A DNA stretch of 64,000 bases from Planktothrix sp. GU0601_MAG3 (GTDB taxonomy: Bacteria > Cyanobacteriota > Cyanobacteriia > Cyanobacteriales > Microcoleaceae). The stretch lies in contig CP136572.1 of the NCBI GenBank assembly GCA_035193785.1, positions 2,516,578 through 2,580,577 of the forward strand, in the 5' to 3' direction. The translations under genes and the position numbers were made by a program. This document shows, one piece after another, positions 54,526-64,000 of this stretch (positions are counted from its first letter, which is position 1; each line of letters starts with the position of its first letter). The notes under the pieces were generated by a model that worked only from the letters and a program-made list of their open reading frames with translations, was not told the origin of the DNA and did not search any database.

Positions 54526-56215
54526 CTAACGCAATCTCAAAAATACCGTTGCGTGTTGCACATTCCCCACACGATCACTACTACTAATAGTAAATGATCG
54601 CAAATTATCAAAAAATGGTTTAGCCGAAAGTTCTACTAATTTAAACAAGGGGAATTGTTGATTAAGGAAACTTCGACTGGTCAACCAATTGAGATAGAAA
54701 TAACCATCATTGATTTGAGGTAAAACTTCAATACTAGCCTTAAAATCTGGATCTTGAGTAATCAAATTTTCCGTTTTTGACAAGCCCAATACCTCATCCA
54801 TTGCTTCTACGGAAGTGGTAAAAATTTCATATTTCCCTACGGTTGAATGTACTCCTTTTGCATTGGCTTGAATTAATCTAGTTTGAGTTTTAGCTTTATC
54901 CTTTTTCTCCAAAACCATAGGGACTAACTTTGTCCAGACCGAAAGGCTATTATTATTAAGATTAAATGATCCCAAACTATAGCCTTGTTCCGTCGCTATT
55001 TTATCTAAATTTTCAATAGCTAGATTAGCATTTTCTGGACGTTCTGCCACAAATACCCAATCCCATTTTTCATTGTTATGGGGAAACTACTGCTAAGGCA
55101 TATTCTCCCGTCACCCAACTAAAAATATCTTCAGGTAAATCTAAACCCCACAAGGTTTTAATTCCGGCGATGGGTTGGGTAATAAATTGTTCTAAAGACT
55201 TATTAGCCGCAACAATAGCAGAGAAATCTGTCCAGAGTTGATTTAAGTCTTTTCCGGCAATTAATAACGGACTACTGGAACTAATATAGTTTAATGCTTC
55301 TACGGGTTGAGAAAAAGCTGGAGATGCTTGGGTTGTATCTTCCTCTACGGTAGCAATTAACGCCGTTTCTGCTAATAATCCTTGGGAATTAATCCCTAAA
55401 GATACGGCTAAACTCGGTTTTTGACCAACAAATTCGTCCGTTGTATCAGTTACTAATTGCCAATCTCCTAAATTAAAAAATCCAAATCCCACTCCCCCGG
55501 ATTTTAATTCTTGTAAAGCTTTTTGATAGGATTCGGATTGACTTAAATTCAGGTTTGCTTGTACCGTATTTAAGGCTTCCTTCATCACTTTAGGATAGTT
55601 GGCAAATAACACAAAGCGATCATTAATTATAGCCATAACTAAGGTCGGTGCATCATCAATTGTTCCTTGAAAGGGACGGCGATAAATCAGTTTAACCCCT
55701 CGATATTGATCTTGAATAATATCTAAGCCCGCATCTATTTGTTTTTGCCAAAATTTATCTAAAATCTCCTGACTTTTTTGGGGGTTTTTGGTTGATAAAG
55801 CGACAAAATATCCCGGTTGTTGACCATTATTGGCTAACCGATCTAGATCGGGAGTAATTAATGCCCAAGTTATTTCATTTCCTAACCAGGGTTGAATATC
55901 TTGCCCATAATTTAACCCCGTATTTGCTAAAAGATTTTCTTTAATCGGGTTGAGTTGAATGCGATTATTATTACTTTTTTGAGAAAAGGTTAAAATCTTT
56001 CCTACTGATTCTAACCGATCGGGATTTACTAATAATGAAACCATCGCCGGAGCCGTCCGGGGAACAAACATTGCCGCCTCTGGTGCTGTTTTAGTGCTAC
56101 CTGTGACTAAAGCGGCTGGGTTTTGACCCGATAATTTATAAACTCCCCCAATTCCCAGGAGTCCCAAAACAACTAGACCAATTACCAAAATTTTAGGAAA
56201 TGAGCGTCTTTTCAT
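54526..56215 (-). CDS. DUF3352-type cyanobacterial protein with N-terminal membrane anchor
   Basis: YGQDIQPWLGNEIT, DIFSWVTGEYALA; joined across 55083. Confidence 0.78.
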
Positions 56216-56421
56216 AAGCTTAACCGTTGAGCGAATAACATTGTCAGATGGGAGTTCCTTCTTTATTATGTGTCAATTGTGTACTTACGATACAAAGAAG
56301 ACAGATTGAAGGAGAGTTAAGTTGAAAATATATACTTTACCTGTATAATTATACTAGATAACTGATGTATTTATTGACTTGATTTTCCGTCGGATTATAT
56401 TTATCCTATTGTTAACCTATT

Positions 56422-58069
56422 ATGACTGCAAGAACACCCGTTTTATCCGCTTGGCAACAACTGAGAAATCAGAGTATTACCTGTGAACAAGCATTGAAAA
56501 ATTTAGTCGATGATCAAAAAATTTTGAATCTAAAATTATTGGATCGGGATGTTGGTTTTAGATTTTTTCGCGAATTTCCAGATAAAAATGTTTTGCCCCC
56601 GGTCATTCCCTTATTATTATGGCAAAATTGCTATTATTTGGGATGTCCGGTAGAAGTCTCCATGGAAGCACTAACCATGATGGGCGATCGCACTTTTTCT
56701 GATATTAAAATTATCCCCATTGATGATAAGAGTTATCGGGCTTGGTATCATGCCCAACATCTCGATCCCCATCGAATTACGTCTAACCCATTAATTAACC
56801 CATTGACGGGAGAATTAGAATCGGAAAACGTCAGTGAAACCACCGAATTATATTTATCAAAAGCCGCTGATCAACTGACTCGAATTAAAACTTTAATTTC
56901 AGGAGCTTTAAGAAATCGTGCCAGTGATATTCATTTAGAACCCTCCCAGGATGGTTTAAGAGTTCGCTATCGAATTGATGGTTTACTTCGCAATATTACC
57001 CTCTTACCTTCGGATATTGGACGTAAAGTTATTGTGGCAATTAAAGTTATGTCCAATATGGATATTGCCGAAAGTCGTCGCCCCCAAGATGGTAGAATTG
57101 GGGAAAATTATGTATCAGGAAAAGACTTAGAAGTTGCCCTTGATATGCGCGTTAGTACCCTCCCCTGTGTCGGAGGTGAAAAGGCTGTAATTCGATTATT
57201 ACCCCAAGAAAATCCTTTCTCTGGATTACAGGATTTAGGCTTCTCTGAAACCACATTAAATATTTATAAAAGTTGGCTCTATCAACCCCAGGGAATGATT
57301 ATTTTTACCGGGCCAACTGGGTCAGGAAAAACCAGTACCCTTTATAATAGTTTGTTAGCCGTTGCCACAGAAAATGTTAATGTTGTTACCGTGGAAGATC
57401 CGGTTGAATATATCCTATCTGGGATTACTCAAACCCAGGTTCATGAACGAGCCGGGATGACTTTTTCTGCCGGATTACGCGCTATTTTACGACAAGATCC
57501 TGATATTATTATGGTGGGGGAAATTCGGGATCAAGATACGGCAGATACCGCCATTCGTGCCGCATTAACTGGTCATTTAGTATTAACAACCTTGCATACA
57601 AATGATGCCATTGGTGCCATTCCCCGTTTAAAAGATATTGGCCCTGATCCGGGGTTAATTAGTGACGCCTTATTAGGAATTGTGGGACAACGCTTAACCC
57701 GTCGTGTTTGTCCCCACTGTGCTGAATCCTATAGCCCAACGGCGACGGATTTAGACCTGTTAGGGTTAGAATTAAAAGAAGTAAAAACTGACGGTTGGCG
57801 CAAAGGTCGAGGCTGTTCTAACTGTTTTTATTCCGGCTATTCGGGGCGAGAAGCAATTGTAGAATTATTAGCTGTTGATGATCGAATTCGTCAAATTATT
57901 TATGAAGGAAACTCTGACAGAATTACATCGTTATTTGCATGAAACAGGCTTTTTATCTTTCCGAATTGCCGCCATTGAAAAAGTCACAACTGGAGCTACT
58001 ACCGTCGAAGAAGTCCAGCGTGTTTTACCCCGCAGTGCCCTAGCTCGAAAATTCTCAATTAAAACCTAA
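56422..58069 (+). CDS. GspE/PulE/PilB family ATPase
   Basis: ASDIHLEP, GPTGSGKT, LRQDPDIIMVGEIRD, CxxC pairs; joined across 57908. Confidence 0.92.
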
Positions 58070-58134
58070 AAATAGGATCATAAAAGCCTATTTCTAACAA
58101 TTACAATTCCATTTATTTTTATCTCAGATTTCCC

Positions 58135-59815
58135 ATGCTTACACCCATTGATTCTAAACCCCTGCGTTGGCAAAAAACTCGATATTCTCCATTAACGAGA
58201 CAATTAGATGTATTTACTGCCTGCGGGTCGTTTATGTTCTTTTTGTGGTGGGATAAAACCTTGGCACATCAGACCAATAAACAGAAACAAAAACGAGCTA
58301 TTTGGTTAGTTAAAACCCTCTTAGAGTTAGGGCCTACTTTTATTAAAATTGGGCAAGCTCTATCAACAAGAGCCGATATTTTACCCCTGGAATATGTTGA
58401 AGAATTAGAGAAACTACAGGATCAAGTTCCACCTTTTAGTACCGATGAAGCCGTTGCCATTATTGAAGCGGAATTAGGTCATTCTTTATTTACATTATAT
58501 CGAGATTTTGACGAACAACCCCTAGCCGCAGCTAGTTTAGGACAAGTTCATAAAGCTAGACTGCACACGGGAGAGGATGTGATTGTTAAAGTTCAGCGTC
58601 CGGGTTTAAAAGAACTATTTGATTTAGATGTACAAGCGGTGCGGCGGATAATTCAGTTTTGTCAGCGACATTTTAGTTGGTCAAAACTTTATAATTTGGA
58701 TGAGTTATATAATGAATTTTTTATGATTTTATATCAAGAAATTGATTATATTAAAGAAGGCAAAAATGCTGAAAGATTTAAAGATAATTTTAAAAATTAT
58801 CCGGGTATTTTGGTTCCCAAGGTTTATTGGAAGTATACCAGCCATAAGATCTTAACGATGCAATATTTGCCGGGAATTAAAGCCGATGATCGAGATCAAT
58901 TAATTGCCTATGGAATTGATGTTAAACGGCTCAATCAGTTGGGGATTTGTTGTTATTTAAAACAGATTCTTCAGGATGGTTTTTTCCAGGCTGACCCCCA
59001 CCCGGGAAATATTGCCGTTAGTGTTGATGGAAATTTGATTTTTTATGATTTTGGCATGATGGCAGAAGTAAAAGCCTTGGCTAAGGATCAGATGATTAAA
59101 ACCTTTTTTGCCGTGTTAAAAAAAGATACGGATGTAGTCTTAAATACTTTAGTTGATATTGGATTAATTGAACCAGTTTCTGATATGAAACCCGTCAGAA
59201 AAATGGTTAAGTTTTTATTAGAAGAATTTACGGAAAAACCCGTTGATTTTCAAATGTTTAATCAAATTAAAGAAGAAATTTATATCATGTTTGAGCAACA
59301 ACCTTTTCGTTTACCCGCTCAAATGATGTTTATTTTAAAGTCTTTAACTACTTTGGATGGTTTGGCGAGAAGTTTAGACCCTAAATATAGTTTAGTCGCT
59401 TGTGCTGAACCCTTTGTCAAGAGTTTAACGATTTCTCAAGGACGGGGTAATTTAGTGGGGGAATTGGCAAAACAGGCGCGAGATTTTATTAAATTTAGAT
59501 TACAACAACCGAGTAAATCAGAGATATTAATTCGGCGTTTAGAAGAACGTTTAGAAGATGGAGAGTTACAAATTCGGGTCAGGTCTTTAGAAAGCGATCG
59601 GGCTTTAAGACGGATTAATTTAGCGATTAAAACTTTAATTTATATCTGTTGGACAGGATTTACTTTAATTGCTGGAGCGATTTTATTAATTGGAAATTAT
59701 CAAGGATGGGCGGTTTTTATCTTGGTTTTATCTTTATTTGGGTTATGGATGTCGGTGCGATCGCTCTTTAATTTGGCTATTCGAGAAACGGTTAGATCGA
59801 ATTGCGGAAAGTTAA
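58135..59815 (+). CDS. ABC1/UbiB atypical kinase
   Basis: LGPTFIKIGQ, AAASLGQV, ADPHPGN, DFGM; corrected end RERLDRIAES* across 59785. Confidence 0.92.
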
Positions 59816-59926
59816 AAGGGTTATGGCAGTTTTTGCTGGTATCTTGACAAGGGTTAAGCCTAATTTAACCACAAAGATACAGAGAAGTTGTAAACACGCT
59901 CGTTGTTATAAATAGTCTCATTCTGA

Positions 59927-60265
59927 TTATTCCTCCTCTGCATCAATTTCATTGCGATAATCTTGAATAGCTTCTAAAACTTGATCAAACAGAGGATCAT
60001 CTTTAAACATTCCTGCAAATTTCATCCAAGGGTCTTCAGGTTTAGGACGTTCAATTTCTAAATTAAAAATTTCTGTATCCTTTAAAAAATTTTGGAGACG
60101 CTGAGATAACTTTTCAATAGCTTCTTCTCGACTATTTCCCGATGCTTTTAAACTCGGGTATTTTAAAACAAACGTTTGATATTTACCATTTTTTAGTTGC
60201 TTAATTCCAATATCATAATTCAGTTTATTGCCAAGATTGACTAGGGTAGGAGAGTTAGTTACCAT
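59927..60265 (-). CDS. HicB-like antitoxin family protein
   Basis: ASGNSREEAIEKL and PWMKFAGMFKDDPLFD. Confidence 0.6.
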   Translation of the reverse strand: MVTNSPTLVNLGNKLNYDIGIKQLKNGKYQTFVLKYPSLKASGNSREEAIEKLSQRLQNFLKDTEIFNLEIERPKPEDPWMKFAGMFKDDPLFDQVLEAIQDYRNEIDAEEE

Positions 60266-60429
60266 TGTTAAATTCAACCTCAATACTATCTTCATTTTAA
60301 CAATTTTATTAGAGTTAGTCAAGAATCGGCGATCGCGCTTTAATCTAGGTGTTCTACAAAAGCCAGTTTGAAATTTTCACTAAAATATGTAAAAATACAA
60401 CTCAGTAAAACCCATAAAACATTATTAAA

Positions 60430-60924
60430 ATGCTACCTATCCCCATTCCCCCCGAACCGGGCCAAGAATCCGTTTGGGATTATCCCCGTCCCCCTCGTTT
60501 GGAAGATGTCAACCAACCAATTAAAGTAATATTTAATGGGATTATTCTAGCGGAAACCCAAGGAGCAAAACGAGTCTTAGAAACCAGCCATCCTCCGGTA
60601 TATTATATTCCGCCCGAAGATATTAAATTAGAGTATTTGCAACAAACTTCTCGCAGAAGTTGGTGTGAGTGGAAAGGGGCTTGTAGTTATTATAATATTA
60701 CGGTCGGTGACAAACAAGCTATTAATGCAGCCTGGAGTTATTTGAGTCCAGTTCCTGAATTTATTGATATTCAAAATTATTATAGTTTTTATGCCAGTTT
60801 AATGGACGCTTGCTATGTGGGAGAAGAATTAGTTCAAGCCCAAACCGGGGATTTTTATGGAGGTTGGATAACTCAAAATATTGTCGGGCCATTTAAGGGA
60901 GAACCCGGAACTATGGGGTGGTAA
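60430..60924 (+). CDS. DUF427 protein
   Basis: ESVWDYPRPP, LETSHPPVYYIP, CEWKG. Confidence 0.88.
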   Translation: MLPIPIPPEPGQESVWDYPRPPRLEDVNQPIKVIFNGIILAETQGAKRVLETSHPPVYYIPPEDIKLEYLQQTSRRSWCEWKGACSYYNITVGDKQAINAAWSYLSPVPEFIDIQNYYSFYASLMDACYVGEELVQAQTGDFYGGWITQNIVGPFKGEPGTMGW

Positions 60925-60946
60925 TCTATACTATTTAACCTTAAAA

Positions 60947-60972
60947 ACCCGCCTGATCGGGTCAGTGCGGGT
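60947..60972. terminator. Hairpin between convergent genes
   Basis: ACCCGC-CTGA..TCAG-T-GCGGGT. Confidence 0.5.
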
Positions 60973-61007
60973 GTGGAAATTTTAATTTGTTGAAACTGAT
61001 TAGGGTT

Positions 61008-61358
61008 TTATTTTAGCAATGATTCTGCTAACTGTTCTAAATTAATGGCACTATTGACTTCATAAAAAGATGTGGTTGGGGCTTTGACAAATAGGGAGGA
61101 CATTTCATTCATAATAGCTTGATAGGCTTCGGTGTGGTTATTGGAAATATCCATATCACCAATATCTTCCCAGAAAATCAGAGCAATTCCCTTATCGGTT
61201 CCAGGTTCTTGAAGTAAATAAGCTCCTTGAAAGCCTTCTTTATAAGTAGCTACCGCTTGTTCAAATAATGTTTGAGCTTCTTTAAATTTACCCGGTTTGA
61301 ATTCACCGATGGCAACGTAGGCAACTTTTCGTCTTAAAAAATCCTGAAATTCAGACAT
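61008..61358 (-). CDS. Small ABM-like (dimeric alpha-beta barrel) protein
   Basis: 116-aa ORF; GFQGAYLL..IFWE pattern. Confidence 0.6.
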   Translation of the reverse strand: MSEFQDFLRRKVAYVAIGEFKPGKFKEAQTLFEQAVATYKEGFQGAYLLQEPGTDKGIALIFWEDIGDMDISNNHTEAYQAIMNEMSSLFVKAPTTSFYEVNSAINLEQLAESLLK

Positions 61359-61608
61359 AAGTTAATAAATGTAATAAACTGCAAGTTTTTGCACCAGAGT
61401 TACGATTCAACCCTACATAATTCTACCAGTTTAATCGCTAAAAACCATAGAGCATAACCGTGACCCCTTTGACCCTTGTCAAGAAGAACAATAATTGCGA
61501 TCGCAATTAGTCCCCAGAAAAGCCCCAAGTCTGTAAAATCTTAAAGAAATCAAAAAAACGTTCCTCTAGTAGCTAACCCAATTTCAATTTTACTTGGTGG
61601 TGTCAAAC

Positions 61609-62836
61609 GTGAATACAGTCCCCCCGCTCGATCTTAGCCTACAGTACAAAACCATTCAGGAGGAAGTCAGCGCCTGTGTGCAAGCGGTCTTGGCTTCCGG
61701 TCGTTATATTGGAGGTTCAACGGTCGAAGCCTTTGAAAAAGACTTTGGAGAATATATTGGAGTTCAGGAAACCATTGGCTGTAACTCGGGAAACCGATGC
61801 CCTATTTTTAGCCCTACGCGCCTTAAATATTGGGCCAGGGGACGAAGTGATTACCACCCCCTTTACTTTTATCGCCACGGCAGAAATGATCAGTGCGGTG
61901 GGGGCAACTCCTGTATTTGTCGATATTGATGCCAAAACTTTTAATCTCGATATTGCACAAATTCCCAACGCTGTCACCGAAAAAACCAAAGCCATTATCC
62001 CCGTCCATTTATTCGGTCAACCGATGGACATGACCCAATTAATGGCCGTGGCAAAATCCTATAATTTAGCTGTGATTGAAGACTGCGCCCAGGCTACCGG
62101 GGCCACTTGGCAGGGGCAAAAAGTTGGAAGTATCGGAGATATCGGCTGTTTTAGTTTCTTCCCCACGAAAAATCTAGGCGCCTGTGGGGATGGAGGGGCC
62201 GTAACCACCCAAGATCCGGCCCTGGCCCGAGCCATGAGAATTATCAAAGAACATGGTCAATCTACCCGCTATCGTTCGGATACCATTGGGATTAATAGCC
62301 GTTTAGATGCCCTACAAGCGGCGATTTTACAGATCAAACTGCGTTATCTCGATACCTGGAACCAACAACGGCAAATCCTGGCCAGACGGTATCAGCAGTT
62401 ACTCTATCCCCTATCAGAAATTATCACACCCCAAGAAATTGCTTCCGGTGAGAGTGTTTGGAATCAATACACTATCCGGGTACAAACAGATCACAGGGAG
62501 CAGGGGGAAGAAATGGGAGCAGGGGAAGTAAACTTACCCATTACCCATTACCCATTACCCATTACCCATTACCCATTACCCTCCCTCAAACGACGGGATT
62601 ACCTGCGAAACTACCTCCAAGAACAGGGAATTGGTTCTATGATTTACTATCCCATTCCCCTACATCAGCAACCCGTCTATAAAGGTTTGGGCTATCAAGC
62701 CAACCAACTCCCCATTGTTGAAAGGGTTTGTCAGGAGGTCTTATCTATACCTCTATTTCCCGAACTGTCTCCCGAACAGCAAAATCAGGTGATCACGGCT
62801 ATCAAAGAAGGGTTGACGCAAATCCCGCAATTTTAG
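61609..62836 (+). CDS. DegT/DnrJ/EryC1/StrS aminotransferase
   Basis: CNSGTDAL restored across 61790; EDCAQA; SFFPTKNLG; NSRLD. Confidence 0.92.
62534..62580 (+). repeat. (TTACCCA)n heptamer repeat inside a CDS
   Basis: 6 full units plus a partial, encoding LPITHYPLPITHYPLP. Confidence 0.92.
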
Positions 62837-62969
62837 CTACCCGTGGTGGTCGCGTCTTTGTGGTGCGATTGTTTGTATACTATTGGGTAATAAAACGATA
62901 AAAAAATTCACAATTCTTTTTTTCGATCTCAACTCTAAAAATCTGACCATTAGGAGGAATACAACAAAC

Positions 62970-64000
62970 GTGAACCCACAGCAAGTCAAATCCAGACGAC
63001 GCTATGACCCAGAGGAAATTGCCCGCTATCACCGTCGCCGCCCCTGGTTAGCCATCGGGCGGACAATTATGGTGATTTGGCATTTCACCTGGTTTATCTT
63101 GGGATTATTGTGGGATAAATGGCAACATGGAGATGTGGAACATACCCCCCAACGGGCTACCCACCTGCGCCATATTCTTACGGATTTAGGCCCGACCTAT
63201 ATTAAAGTGGGCCAAGCCCTTTCTACCCGTCCCGATTTAATTAGAAAAGATTTTTTAGAGGAATTAACCAAACTTCAGGATCAATTGCCACCCTTTAATC
63301 ATGATCAGGCGATGGCAATTATTCAAGCGGAATTAGACCAAGATTTAGACAGTATTTATAGAGAAATTTCTTCCGAAACCCGTAGCCGCTGCTAGTTTGG
63401 GTCAAGTCTATCACGCCCGACTCAGAACTGGGGAAGAAGTGGCGGTCAAGGTACAACGGCCGAATTTATTACCGGTTTTAACCTTAGATTTATATTTAAT
63501 GCGTTGGGCGGCGGGATGGCTTTCTCCTTGGTTACCCTTGAATTTAGGCCATGATTTAACCCTGATCGTAGATGAATTTGGGATTAAGTTATTCGAGGAA
63601 ATTGACTATATTAATGAAGGTCAAAATGCTGAACGGTTTGCTACCTATTTTGCTGATGATCCCCATGTTAAAGTTCCCTCGATTTATTGGCGTTACACCA
63701 CCACTTGTGTTTTAACTTTAGAGTGGATTAATGGGTTTAAATTAACCGATACCGAACGAATTAAAGCCGCCGGATTAGATCAGGATACATTAATTGAAAT
63801 TGGCGTAACCAGTGGTTTAAAACAACTCTTGGAATTTGGTTTTTTCCACGCCGATCCGCACCCGGGAAATTTATTTGCTCTGCCCGATGGTCGCATGGCA
63901 TTTATTGATTTTGGGATGATGGATCAGTTACAACAAAATACTAAGGAAACCTTAGTGGATTCCGTGGTGCATTTGATTAATAAAGATTATGATCAACTGG
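62970..64000 (+). CDS. Second ABC1/UbiB kinase (3' truncated by window edge)
   Basis: AGGAGG RBS then GTG; LGPTYIKVGQ; PVAAASLGQV restored across 63375; HADPHPGN. Confidence 0.9.

Overview
AT-rich chromosomal window from a filamentous cyanobacterium. HIP1 GCGATCGC octamers, heptamer tandem repeats, apcE and protein style suggest Planktothrix or a related Oscillatoriales genus (inference). It contains housekeeping genes (tsaB, uppP, aroH, secDF, pdhB, apcE), a CBS-GAF-PAS hybrid kinase with a REC-GGDEF partner, two tandem beta-helix/Pro-Thr/RTX surface proteins, a ~22.6 kb aeruginosin NRPS cluster (aerA-B-D-E-F-G, extra SDR, aerM with terminal reductase, truncated acyltransferase, aerN), a type IIG restriction-modification gene, an orphan TnpB/omega-RNA right end, and small REP/MITE elements. 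The strongest signal is not a gene. All 30 frameshifts I could locate are an extra A or T inside GAAC/GTTC (read as GAAAC/GTTTC). They occur on both strands, hit essential genes and fall roughly every 2 kb. This looks like a base-calling footprint of a DNA modification, and GAAC/GTTC is the canonical Dnd phosphorothioate motif. The split ORFs are therefore probably intact genes and are reported joined.
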